DNA of 64,000 nt, from contig JBAYES010000003.1 of assembly GCA_041667545.1 (NCBI GenBank), forward strand, positions 2,467 through 66,466, written 5' to 3'. Positions 28,865 through 38,007 of the stretch are shown one piece after another. The position numbers and the translations under genes are program-made. Each line of letters starts with the position of its first letter. The first letter of the stretch is position 1. The notes beneath the pieces are model-generated. The model searched no databases. It was not told where the DNA came from and was given only the letters and a program-made list of their open reading frames with translations. The stretch comes from Candidatus Omnitrophota bacterium (GTDB lineage: Bacteria > Omnitrophota > Gorgyraeia > Tantalellales > Tantalellaceae).

Positions 28865-30016
28865 TTATAAAAGTAATATCGCCAGTTCATCATCTCCCGG
28901 ATCCATCGAACCGGTAAGATCAAACGACGTCTGCGCGAGTTGTATGCCTTCGCGGTCGCCGTCATCTACTTTGTTGTAAACGATACCGGGCGCGTAAAAC
29001 CTGAACTTGTTTCCCTCGGTTTCGCCATAAGCCAGATCGAGGACCATGGGCGTGTTACCGAACCATTTTGAGAAGAAATCATGCGCCGCGACCGGCACCA
29101 TCTCCGGATTAAAAGAACCCTGCATATCCCGGCCGGTAATCATGTACGACAGAATCCCTTTTGAATCGTCGATCTTGTCTTTTGAAGCAAGCGTGTTTGA
29201 TACGTCGATTTCGATCTCTCCGACATTAAGCGAAACACCGTCGCAGGACATGACCGCGTTTAAAAGCACAGGCGGCACCGTACTATCGAAGCTAATACCG
29301 GAAAACATCGGCGTATCAGTAACACCGTTTTCAACTCCTTTAAAGCTGAAATCAAGCGTTGCCGGTTCACCAATCTTGAAGTTGTATTTGACCGTTCCGC
29401 GGCATCCTTTAAGAAGCTTTGCCACACCGTCTTCATACAAGCCCATGCTCAGTGAAACAACTGAACTGCTTATGGGTTTGATCTCAAAACCCGCGCTCGC
29501 GGGATCCGATGAAGCGGTTGCGGTTGCCCCGGAAATAGAGCCGGTTAACGTGTCTCCGGATTCTAACGTTCCGGTTAAAGCTACATAATAGAGCGTTGTG
29601 GTGCCGGTCGTTGTCTTTATAACTACCCTGCCGGTCGCCTCCGATGTGCCGCCTGTCACTACTTCTCCGTGAAGATAGGGCCCTCCGCTAATCGCGCCGA
29701 TCGATATTTTCTTAAGCGCGTTCGACTGAAAACCGCAGGCCCTGACGAGACTCATCCATTCCGGCTCAACACTTATAGATCCTGATCCTTTAAGCTCAAT
29801 ACTGAAATCGAGCCCTGCCGAACGTTTACCGGCGAGTTTTCCCATCTTAGTAAGCGAGGCGCGTACCGGATCGCGCTGATACATCTGCGGATCATAGCTT
29901 GCTTTTGGTGAAAATTTCACCATAATACCCGCGTCGGCCGCCAAAAGTGTTTCCGCCACACCTTCAACCGACTCTATTTTTGCCGCAAGCTGGCGTTTTC
30001 TCATAAGCATTGACAT
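28865..30016 (-). CDS. major tail (tube) protein, with possible Ig-like insertion
   Basis: Position in lambda-like order; Thr/Gly-rich middle segment. Confidence 0.5.
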   Translation of the reverse strand: MSMLMRKRQLAAKIESVEGVAETLLAADAGIMVKFSPKASYDPQMYQRDPVRASLTKMGKLAGKRSAGLDFSIELKGSGSISVEPEWMSLVRACGFQSNALKKISIGAISGGPYLHGEVVTGGTSEATGRVVIKTTTGTTTLYYVALTGTLESGDTLTGSISGATATASSDPASAGFEIKPISSSVVSLSMGLYEDGVAKLLKGCRGTVKYNFKIGEPATLDFSFKGVENGVTDTPMFSGISFDSTVPPVLLNAVMSCDGVSLNVGEIEIDVSNTLASKDKIDDSKGILSYMITGRDMQGSFNPEMVPVAAHDFFSKWFGNTPMVLDLAYGETEGNKFRFYAPGIVYNKVDDGDREGIQLAQTSFDLTGSMDPGDDELAILLL

Positions 30017-30029
30017 CGAAATACCTCCT

Positions 30030-30497
30030 TTAATTCTTTGCTGTTGGATCCGACCTTAAATGGCGGTATCTTATCCTGAGTTCCATAATGATCCCGGCAT
30101 ACGGCTGTGCTTCTGTGGTCTCAAAGGGTGTTGTCCCTAAAATATCAGTATCGACAGCGTCTCCGCCGCGGGTAGGATCAGCCAGAATAGCTTTTTTTAT
30201 ATCGCCCTGGAGTCTATTCAAATATGTATCGGTCGGAACAGTGTCATTCTCATCGGCTACAAAAAATACGTCCAGATACACCGCTAACAAACATTCTTCG
30301 AAAGGATGCGGTGAGCTTGATTCTTCTTCATCACCCGGGCTGATAACAACCATCGGCATATCTACCATACGATTGCCGTGCATCGACCAACGCTGGACGG
30401 TCTCGGTAGTAAAATCGAAGTTGTATCCGTTATCGATAGTCACACCTTCAAGTACAGTCTTGATATTCTGTAATATCCGCTCTCTAACCGTTTCCAT
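30030..30497 (-). CDS. tail completion / terminator protein (gpU/Z-position)
   Basis: Position only. Confidence 0.35.
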   Translation of the reverse strand: METVRERILQNIKTVLEGVTIDNGYNFDFTTETVQRWSMHGNRMVDMPMVVISPGDEEESSSPHPFEECLLAVYLDVFFVADENDTVPTDTYLNRLQGDIKKAILADPTRGGDAVDTDILGTTPFETTEAQPYAGIIMELRIRYRHLRSDPTAKN

Positions 30498-31138
30498 CAG
30501 ATCTTCCTCAATGCCTTTTCGATAGATTTATTTAAAATATCTATCCGGTAATTCACAAGGCCGTCCCATGTCCGGTAAAAGCCAAGTCGCGGTTTTATCC
30601 GAACTTGTCGTTTTAAAACGTAAAGCGGGAGTATCTTCTCTGATCCCCTTTTTATCCGGGCAAGAAAAGTTTTACCTTTGGATTTAATCCAAATCGGACG
30701 AACATTCTTCAATTCTTTGGGACGTTTGTAACGAGCTCTCAACTTGCCAGACGGCGTAAACATTTCCGTTCGCGCCGATAGCGGTACCGCAAGACGCTTG
30801 CCGCCGGGATCCCTGACCGTTCCTCCGGTTTCATGCAGTTTGGCGATCTTCGATTCCGAAAACACCTCTATCCCCATGCCTTCAATCTCCGGAGCGACAA
30901 AAAATACCCGTTTGAACGTGCCGAAAAGACCGTGACCTGACGCGCCTCGCACGCCCGGGGGGCCCTGCAACTGCTGTTGCCTGAACCTCTTTAAGAACCC
31001 TTTGCCGATACGATCCAGCCCGTCCGCCAGCTCGAATTTAAGAACGCGTGGCGCGATCTTGAGCGCTCTCTCGAGCGCTCTTGTATCTATCTCTGTCGTT
31101 AACTGAACCATACCTACCACCCCACCATTAAATGCCAC
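30497..31138 (-). CDS. head-tail joining / neck protein (hypothetical)
   Basis: Position only. Confidence 0.3.
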   Translation of the reverse strand: MAFNGGVVGMVQLTTEIDTRALERALKIAPRVLKFELADGLDRIGKGFLKRFRQQQLQGPPGVRGASGHGLFGTFKRVFFVAPEIEGMGIEVFSESKIAKLHETGGTVRDPGGKRLAVPLSARTEMFTPSGKLRARYKRPKELKNVRPIWIKSKGKTFLARIKRGSEKILPLYVLKRQVRIKPRLGFYRTWDGLVNYRIDILNKSIEKALRKI

Positions 31139-31455
31139 AGACCTTCATCCCTGCTGGTAACCTCATTGATTCGCGCTTCTTGCTCTATATCTTCCGAATC
31201 TTTAAGCCATACCCGGTCGTCCTTTTTGTTTATAGCGGTAACACCTTGTTGCGCGTCGTTTGCGATGTATACTTCGGCCTGCCTTTTGAGCGACCGGTAC
31301 ACGTTTTCTTCGGCCGGTGAAAGTTCATATCTAACAACAACGGCTTTAATCACCCTCGAAACCGTTCCCGATAAATACGTGATCTCCTCCGCGAATTCTT
31401 CAGAGTTCAAAAACACCGACGCGCCGTCTTTCTGTATTTGTTCTTTTAAACTCAT
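31114..31455 (-). CDS. head completion protein (hypothetical)
   Basis: Position only. Confidence 0.3.
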   Translation of the reverse strand: MSLKEQIQKDGASVFLNSEEFAEEITYLSGTVSRVIKAVVVRYELSPAEENVYRSLKRQAEVYIANDAQQGVTAINKKDDRVWLKDSEDIEQEARINEVTSRDEGLWHLMVGW

Positions 31456-31808
31456 TTGTCAAATGACCTCACAAGATAAAACGCTAAACTGACAAGCCCT
31501 CCGCCGACACTGATCACAGAGATATAAAAAATGCCTTGCTTGAATTTACCCGCCCATTCGGAACTGTCTTTGACCAGCGGCATAAACTCATCCATCTTGT
31601 CTTTAATCTGCGCGATAGTTTTTGACAGCCCGTTATCAATACGGTCTTTGATGTGTTTAACGTCGCCTGAAAGTTCCGTAAACCGTATATCGCCTTCACG
31701 GAGTTTCTCCTCGTGTTCCCTTAATTGCGCGCGAATATAGTCGCCGCTTTTATCAAGCGCTTCACGTTTTTCTTTACATGTTTCTTTTGTTATAAAATCC
31801 GAACTCAT
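31452..31808 (-). CDS. small C-terminally membrane-anchored protein (hypothetical)
   Basis: C-terminal TM segment ISVISVGGGLVSLAFYLV. Confidence 0.3.
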   Translation of the reverse strand: MSSDFITKETCKEKREALDKSGDYIRAQLREHEEKLREGDIRFTELSGDVKHIKDRIDNGLSKTIAQIKDKMDEFMPLVKDSSEWAGKFKQGIFYISVISVGGGLVSLAFYLVRSFDK

Positions 31809-31853
31809 TCGGCCCCTCGTGTAAAAAGAGGGGGCATTTAGCCCCCTCTCAGT

Positions 31854-32813
31854 TTAGGCAATCTTCAAGAGATGAGCGAAATACGGATCGATAACCATCT
31901 CATCCACATGCTGTCGCACGCGGAAGATATCGCTTCGTATCTCCTCTGCCCTGTACTGCTCGACAACCGCGTTCTCCGGGCTATCCGACACCCAAAGAAA
32001 AGTCCTGCCAAGCCCGGGCTGTGAAAGATCCTGCCCGTCGGACATCACCAGCGCGAGAAGAGCGTATGTATCGCTCCAGATGTCGCCGCTGACAAAGGGT
32101 TTTCCCTCTTTGGCAGTATTGCGTATCGCTTTACCTTCGAAGATGTACTTGATCCCGAAGAGATCCGCCAGAGCCGTACGTACTTCTTCGTCGGTAGGCC
32201 GCGCCGTATACTTGATGAGATCGATGATCTCGGTATTCGACTTTAGCCGCTCGATGTTTGTTGAGCTCAATACCAAAGCGTTCGGCATGATCCCGCAGTT
32301 CGCGCGCACCTTCGCCTTGGCGTCCCTAACCTGCTTGACGGCTTTTGTCGCAATGTCCGACCAAGGGTTCGCCGCGTAATCCGTATAGAGCGGCGATCCC
32401 GTAAAGACGCTTGTATCGAACAATAGATCCGCGATACGCTTTTCCTGCGCCTGCAGTACCCGGCGTGTCGTGATCTTGGTCGTTACAAGTTCCGCGTCGA
32501 AATCACTGGCGTACATCGACCGTTCGCTGTCGTCGAGCGCGCCTTCAAGCCCGTGTTCCTGACAGTTGTACGATTTGTCCTTCGCGCTGAACCCGTCACG
32601 GTTGTAATTGCCGCGTGTCGCGCGTTTCGTATCAGCGTCCCGGGTGATACTTTCCCTTGTGATCGCGGGGAAAACAGATTTTTGTTTCTGTGTCCTGAAT
32701 ATCGGCAGAACCTTCGTGCCGATAAACTCGTTCTCCTGATCAACATATTCCATAACAGCTACCCCAAGATCCATTCTCGGCGTTGCTCTTGTTCCTGAAT
32801 ATTCAACTCCCAT
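31854..32813 (-). CDS. major capsid protein, lambda gpE family
   Basis: 319 aa. Follows the decoration protein and protease, as in the lambda head module. Confidence 0.6.
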   Translation of the reverse strand: MGVEYSGTRATPRMDLGVAVMEYVDQENEFIGTKVLPIFRTQKQKSVFPAITRESITRDADTKRATRGNYNRDGFSAKDKSYNCQEHGLEGALDDSERSMYASDFDAELVTTKITTRRVLQAQEKRIADLLFDTSVFTGSPLYTDYAANPWSDIATKAVKQVRDAKAKVRANCGIMPNALVLSSTNIERLKSNTEIIDLIKYTARPTDEEVRTALADLFGIKYIFEGKAIRNTAKEGKPFVSGDIWSDTYALLALVMSDGQDLSQPGLGRTFLWVSDSPENAVVEQYRAEEIRSDIFRVRQHVDEMVIDPYFAHLLKIA

Positions 32814-32829
32814 GGCTTATCCTCCTCGT

Positions 32830-33573
32830 TTAGCTTATTTTTATTACCGTTACAAAAACGTCGAAACTTGCTTCGGCGCTTGCCAAGACTTTTAACGCGG
32901 AACCGGCTTCCAGTTCATCCGTCTCAGCGATTATCGTCCCGCCGGGAACGATAGTATCATCGGCTGTTCCCTTAGCTTTATTCGCGGTGATATCGTTGGG
33001 CGTGGTTTCACCGTCCTGCAACTTGATGTTCGCGGCGGTCGTGTCTCTTGAAATCAGTTGCCAGTCCACTATTTTGCATTTGAACGGCATTGACTCCACT
33101 ATTGCGACTGCCGTTGTAGCATCGGTGATACCGGTTTTGGCGAACACGACCGGAATAGCCCCGTTGTCATTCTCCGGAACTACGGCTACACTTGCGCCGT
33201 CGATATACGATGCTACCCCGTTATTGAACACCCCCTCGATGATCTCACCATCCGCGCTGGCGGCTTCTAACGCCGTCCCTATGGCGCTTCCTACTGCAGT
33301 ATCGGCAACTTTTCCGTCGTTTGCCCCGTACAGCGTCGCCCCGACCGCGAAAGCTTCTCCCGCGCTCAGCTTAAACGTTCTGCCCGCGGACTTTAGTGCC
33401 ACCGTGACAAAATCGTTCTGCAACGTTTTTGCCGCGGTAACACCGATGAAATCTTCACCCGCATCAGCATATTCAACCTGAGTTCCGCTTCCCGCGCTTA
33501 ACTTAACCCGGCGGTATGCCTCAAGATCCTCTCCCGCAACAAACGCTTTTAATCCTAAATTTTCCTGTGACAT
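32830..33573 (-). CDS. head decoration protein (DUF2190-like N-terminus plus Ig-like C-terminal part)
   Basis: Ala/Gly/Thr-rich; position between protease and major capsid protein. Confidence 0.45.
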   Translation of the reverse strand: MSQENLGLKAFVAGEDLEAYRRVKLSAGSGTQVEYADAGEDFIGVTAAKTLQNDFVTVALKSAGRTFKLSAGEAFAVGATLYGANDGKVADTAVGSAIGTALEAASADGEIIEGVFNNGVASYIDGASVAVVPENDNGAIPVVFAKTGITDATTAVAIVESMPFKCKIVDWQLISRDTTAANIKLQDGETTPNDITANKAKGTADDTIVPGGTIIAETDELEAGSALKVLASAEASFDVFVTVIKIS

Positions 33574-33584
33574 CTTGCTCCTCC

Positions 33585-34646
33585 TTATTTTTTTTGAGCG
33601 GTTGCCTTGAGCGCCTCTGTCATGCTTCCGCCGTGTTCTTTCTGATATACCCCCGCGCGTTCCAGATGTGTCATCTGTTTCTTGGCCGGTTCTTCTTCAT
33701 CGTCCGGGCCCAATGGCGGGATGGACGCTTTCTGCAGACCCTCGAGCTGTTTATCCTGAAACTTGATAACCGCGTTCTCGAAAGTCGATCCGTTCTCGAT
33801 CGCTTCAACGGCAAGGTCGCCCATGTCTTTGAACACTTTCGATTTCTTCAAGATCGATAACGCCCGTTCGCGCTCTTTGCTTTCACCTTCTTCAACTCCA
33901 AGCGCGTAAATAGAGTTGTAAAGGCCGGAATGTTCCTCCTTAAGTTTCTCTAACGTAATTTCATCTGGCATTTTCTTTTCCTCCTTGTTTTTGTTTGAAC
34001 CATACCTTTCCAAAAACGAGATGACCTTTTCAACCGATTCGGGCTGGCTTAAAAATCTGTCCAAAAAAGACGTCATCTCCGCTGACGGCCGGACGCTCTC
34101 CGAAAAGAACGGTATCCCGAAAAGGCCGTTATTTGCCGCTGGATCATCGACAACATCCACCGACATGAGTTTCTTGACACGGATAAAAGGCGGTAAGTCT
34201 TCGCCGTCTTTGGTTTTCTCTTCGCGGAACTCCTCATCCCAGTGGACAACCATCGAAGAACCGAACGCGTCAGGGTCGCTCTCGGCAAGATTCATGACAT
34301 AACCGGCAAGGTCCCCGTCCGGTGTTTCATGCGCGGTCGAATCGATATGCAGGTCCGCACGGACAATATCGCCGTCACGCCTGAATTGTTTTGCCCTGCC
34401 CAAGAAAGTCCCGAGCGCGGTATTTGACATGTTCGGATGACCGAACCTCGATTTGACTCCGGATCTAACCTTGTTGCCCAGCTCAACAACCGAATCAAGC
34501 GCTATGTCATCGAACTCACCCCTTTCGTCATGAGTCACCCCTTTGGTTACAACAGCGAACCCTTCAATAATTTCTTCTTTGCGGTTAACGCGCACACCTC
34601 CGCCCCGCGCGATATCAGCTCTGAAATAAATATTTTTATTTGCCAT
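33585..34646 (-). CDS. prohead protease / scaffold protein (gpC position)
   Basis: Position after portal; acidic C-terminal scaffold-like half. Confidence 0.45.
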   Translation of the reverse strand: MANKNIYFRADIARGGGVRVNRKEEIIEGFAVVTKGVTHDERGEFDDIALDSVVELGNKVRSGVKSRFGHPNMSNTALGTFLGRAKQFRRDGDIVRADLHIDSTAHETPDGDLAGYVMNLAESDPDAFGSSMVVHWDEEFREEKTKDGEDLPPFIRVKKLMSVDVVDDPAANNGLFGIPFFSESVRPSAEMTSFLDRFLSQPESVEKVISFLERYGSNKNKEEKKMPDEITLEKLKEEHSGLYNSIYALGVEEGESKERERALSILKKSKVFKDMGDLAVEAIENGSTFENAVIKFQDKQLEGLQKASIPPLGPDDEEEPAKKQMTHLERAGVYQKEHGGSMTEALKATAQKK

Positions 34647-34684
34647 TTCTCACCTCTTTTAAATCGTTTATTGATATGTCCAGC

Positions 34685-36295
34685 TCAATCGGCATCGACA
34701 TCCGGCTTCGTGTCTCCATTAGGATCCTCTTCGTTTTCTTCGCCGGTGTTTTTCTGCTTTTCTTTTGCTTTGTTTTCATCTTTAACCTCAAGTCCGAGTT
34801 TTTTCATCTTTTCCTGCTCACGCTTACGCTGTTCAAAACTCTCTTCCCAATCTTTGCCGTCCTGCGCGTATAGATCCGAATACGTCACGATGCCGTTTCT
34901 TAAACCCACCTCGGCGGCCTGTGCTTCTTTAAGCGGATCTACCCATTCCCAGCCCGGGGCGATCCATGACGCGCCTGCCCAGCGTTGTCTTTTTTCATAA
35001 AATGTTCCTGAAGATATTTCTCGTTTTAGATATGCTTCTTCCAATAACATGTCCCAGACCGGCTGGCAGAATTTCTGCGCCAGCCATTCCTGACGCATCC
35101 TGAAATACCGCCGCGCTTCCAAAAGAGCCGCCCGCGCGCTTGAGTAATTTGTTTTCGAGAAATCCTTGGCCACAAGTTCATACGGAAGGCCTAAGGCCGC
35201 GGAGATGGCCTTAAGGATGCGGTCAACAAATGGTTCGAAACTCGATCCCGGACGCTGGGGATTAAACGACGTGATGCTTTCACCCGGCATAAGGTGCTTG
35301 ATCATGCCCGGCTCAAGACTTTCTATGAATTGCCCGGCCGTATTCTTTTCATAAACACCGCTTGAAGATATATCCATGGACGCTTCTGAAGTAATAAAAA
35401 GAGAGAAGCACGCGGCGATCCTCGCGGCCACGAGTTCGGCTTCCGCGTACTCCCCAAGATCTTTGAAATATGCAAGTACAGGCGCGAAGAACGGCACCCC
35501 GCGCGTCTGGCCCGAGCGCAAAACATAGTAGAGATGAAATACGTTGCGTCTGCCGTACTCGTTAAACGCCGGTATCTCTAAATAGTCCTTTTCTCCGCTC
35601 TTAGCAAAACGTATATCCCCGGGATGCGTTTTCTGAATGAAATATGAAACTGCCTCACCTTTTTCTCCTATGCGCACGCCGGATCGGATCGATTTATCCC
35701 CTCTTTTATCCGGCGGGGTATCCAATCTGTCAGACTCAATGATCTGTAATGCCGTTTTGTACGGCCGCGCCGGATCATCAATCAACATCGGTACGATCAA
35801 TGCTTCGCCGTTCTCCAATATTTGCCGGTCGACAAGCTGTTGTATCTCATAGAAATCCATACGCCTGCCCGCGTCAGCGTATGGTACCCACCTTTTCCAT
35901 ACCCGTTCCGCGTCTTTCTGAAATCTCCCTGCCGCCTCTTCGTCTATTTCAAGCTCTTCTTTATCAATTCGGGACTGCGGGCGAATGCCCGATCCGACCA
36001 CATTCACGGTCATGGTTGAAGTAATACCTGAAGCATGCGCGTCGTTACGGTTTAAATCACGGCTCCGTTCGCGTATGTCTTTAAGCTCCGGCAGTAAGTC
36101 AGCGTCGGCAGAACCGCCGCCCGGGATCCAAGACGACCTGAGCCGGTCGCGGGAAGCGCCCCTGTATGAGCTAAATGATCTTGTAACTTTTATAGCCTCG
36201 CGATACATACGCCTTTTAAGTCCCGCGCGCGGGGAGAAGAATGAAACAATGCCGTCTAAACTGTTGGATAATTTTTCGGTTAATGGTGTTTTCAT
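34685..36295 (-). CDS. portal protein, lambda gpB family
   Basis: 536 aa with an acidic C-terminus. Follows the gpW-like gene and the gpA-type terminase. Confidence 0.65.
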   Translation of the reverse strand: MKTPLTEKLSNSLDGIVSFFSPRAGLKRRMYREAIKVTRSFSSYRGASRDRLRSSWIPGGGSADADLLPELKDIRERSRDLNRNDAHASGITSTMTVNVVGSGIRPQSRIDKEELEIDEEAAGRFQKDAERVWKRWVPYADAGRRMDFYEIQQLVDRQILENGEALIVPMLIDDPARPYKTALQIIESDRLDTPPDKRGDKSIRSGVRIGEKGEAVSYFIQKTHPGDIRFAKSGEKDYLEIPAFNEYGRRNVFHLYYVLRSGQTRGVPFFAPVLAYFKDLGEYAEAELVAARIAACFSLFITSEASMDISSSGVYEKNTAGQFIESLEPGMIKHLMPGESITSFNPQRPGSSFEPFVDRILKAISAALGLPYELVAKDFSKTNYSSARAALLEARRYFRMRQEWLAQKFCQPVWDMLLEEAYLKREISSGTFYEKRQRWAGASWIAPGWEWVDPLKEAQAAEVGLRNGIVTYSDLYAQDGKDWEESFEQRKREQEKMKKLGLEVKDENKAKEKQKNTGEENEEDPNGDTKPDVDAD

Positions 36296-36507
36296 GACGG
36301 CCTCCCGAAGGAAGCGTATGTGGTTGTCCCGCCGGATCCCGCTATCTCACGACGCAATTGATCACGCCATTTTATGAGCCCCGGCAGTTCCGAACGCTGA
36401 ACGGTCCGCCCGGCAATCGAATACGATTGAACAGCGCCATTATTTATGAAAGTGTTAATGGCGATCTCAACGTTTTCGAGCATTTCTTGTTTTGTGGGTG
36501 CGGCCAT
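36292..36507 (-). CDS. head-tail joining protein W (gpW-like)
   Basis: 71 aa. Segment QEMLENVEIAINTFINNGAVQSYSIAGRTVQRSELPGLIKWRDQLRREIA matches the gpW pattern. Overlaps the portal start. Confidence 0.55.
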   Translation of the reverse strand: MAAPTKQEMLENVEIAINTFINNGAVQSYSIAGRTVQRSELPGLIKWRDQLRREIAGSGGTTTYASFGRPS

Positions 36508-36525
36508 TGTTCTCCTTAAAAGCCC

Positions 36526-36605
36526 AATAAAAAAGCCCGTTCCAGCTGGTGCACCAGAACGAGCTTTTTAAAATCTATTGGGCGCTAAAACGGTGATCAG
36601 CCGTT
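36526..36605. terminator. two hairpins with flanking A/T runs (36526-36570 bidirectional; 36580-36605 AACGG-tgatcag-CCGTT plus T-run) upstream of the DUF4238 gene
   Basis: Stems read directly from the sequence. They would insulate the opposite-strand DUF4238 gene from late transcription. Confidence 0.4.
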
Positions 36606-36687
36606 TAGCTTTTTATCTTCTACAAGTATGATATAATTAATTCGATTTTTCAATGGGGTCGATACTACAAAATAGTACGAGGATAAA

Positions 36688-37737
36688 ATGGCCGAATATA
36701 AGAAACAACATTATGTCCCAAGGTGCTACTTGAGATTTTTTTCAAATGACCAAACAAATAAATTAATCAATTTATACAACATAAAGAACAATCGCTGTAT
36801 TAACAACGCTCCCCTAAATGACCAATGCTATGAAAAATACTATTATGGCAAAAACCCAGAACAGGAAAAAAGGTTGTCAAAAATTGAAAGCGCGGCTACA
36901 TCTGCAATAGAAAACATCCTTAAAAATGGACGCTTGCCGAAAGTAAACAGTGAACAACATCTCGCATTGATTCTTTTTATTTTATTACAAACAGCCCGAA
37001 CCCCCTCTGCGGAATCGGATTCCATTTGTTCGTTTACTTCTCTCATAAAAGAACTGCTTATTTACGGAAATCCACAACATAAAAAGGCGATTAAAGAAGC
37101 AACAATAAGAATGTCAAACATGCCGTCAATAAATGTTGCTTCCGCCATCAGATCAATGTTCTTATTGTTTGATTTAAAATACAAACTCTTTAGAAACCGT
37201 TCCCATGAAGGTTTTATAACTTCAGACCATCCCGCTGTAAAATATAATTTTTTATACGAAAAGAGGAAAAACCATTTAACAAAAACAGGCTTTGCTACTC
37301 GTGGTCTTCAAATATTCATACCCATTTCTTCTCGATACTGCTTGATGTTTTATGATGGCACTTCTTATAAATTTGGTTTTCTGCGGCAAGATACTATAGA
37401 TGTAACAAAGCCGGAAACCGTAGACTCAATAAATTGTTTGCAACTGATAAATCGACCAAAAAATATTTATTTTGACAACATGGTTTCGTCGTCTTATGTT
37501 CAAAATATAGTTTCATCTAATCAAGGGTTGTTGGCTGACAGCAAATTTACTCTTAAAAAACACCCACAAGGTTTCTATCTTCATGAACAAACCAAAGATT
37601 TTAATCTTAAAATCCCTACCATCAGGATTATTCCCAATGCGCGTAAAGCAATAAAGACGTCTGATATACGTAACCCAGAATTATTACGACTCAATAATAT
37701 GCTTTTTGATAACGTTGACAAGCAAAACAAAAAATAG
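36688..37737 (+). CDS. DUF4238-family protein (anti-phage Rst_DUF4238-like); opposite-strand moron inserted between terminase and portal genes
   Basis: N-terminal signature KKQHYVPRCYLRFF. Gene is visibly AT-rich relative to flanking phage genes. Has its own TATAAT (36626-36631) and GAGGA RBS. It is the only plus-strand gene in the late operon. Confidence 0.6.
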   Translation: MAEYKKQHYVPRCYLRFFSNDQTNKLINLYNIKNNRCINNAPLNDQCYEKYYYGKNPEQEKRLSKIESAATSAIENILKNGRLPKVNSEQHLALILFILLQTARTPSAESDSICSFTSLIKELLIYGNPQHKKAIKEATIRMSNMPSINVASAIRSMFLLFDLKYKLFRNRSHEGFITSDHPAVKYNFLYEKRKNHLTKTGFATRGLQIFIPISSRYCLMFYDGTSYKFGFLRQDTIDVTKPETVDSINCLQLINRPKNIYFDNMVSSSYVQNIVSSNQGLLADSKFTLKKHPQGFYLHEQTKDFNLKIPTIRIIPNARKAIKTSDIRNPELLRLNNMLFDNVDKQNKK

Positions 37738-37749
37738 GCTTTTCCTGTT

Positions 37750-38007
37750 TTATCCCTCAGTTTCTACACTTTTAAACTTCTTCCCACACCCACGACACAC
37801 ATGATATCGTACCGGCAGTCGGCTCACATAGCATCGAACATCTTTGCTTTGGCATTTCGGGCAACGTAACGGGATAAACGTAACTCCGCACTGATCATCG
37901 TCTGCCGGAGTGGTCTCTTTTACAGGCTCATCTTCTTTAATCCAATTTTTGTATCTTTTTATCCATCGCCCCATTAAATCCACGATCCCTTTGTTTTGCG
38001 GAGCCAA
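37750..38007 (-). CDS. small zinc-ribbon protein (CxxC...CxxC)
   Basis: Motifs CPKCQSKDVRCY...CRGCGKKF. Overlaps the TerL 3' end. Confidence 0.4.
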   Translation of the reverse strand: MAPQNKGIVDLMGRWIKRYKNWIKEDEPVKETTPADDDQCGVTFIPLRCPKCQSKDVRCYVSRLPVRYHVCRGCGKKFKSVETEG

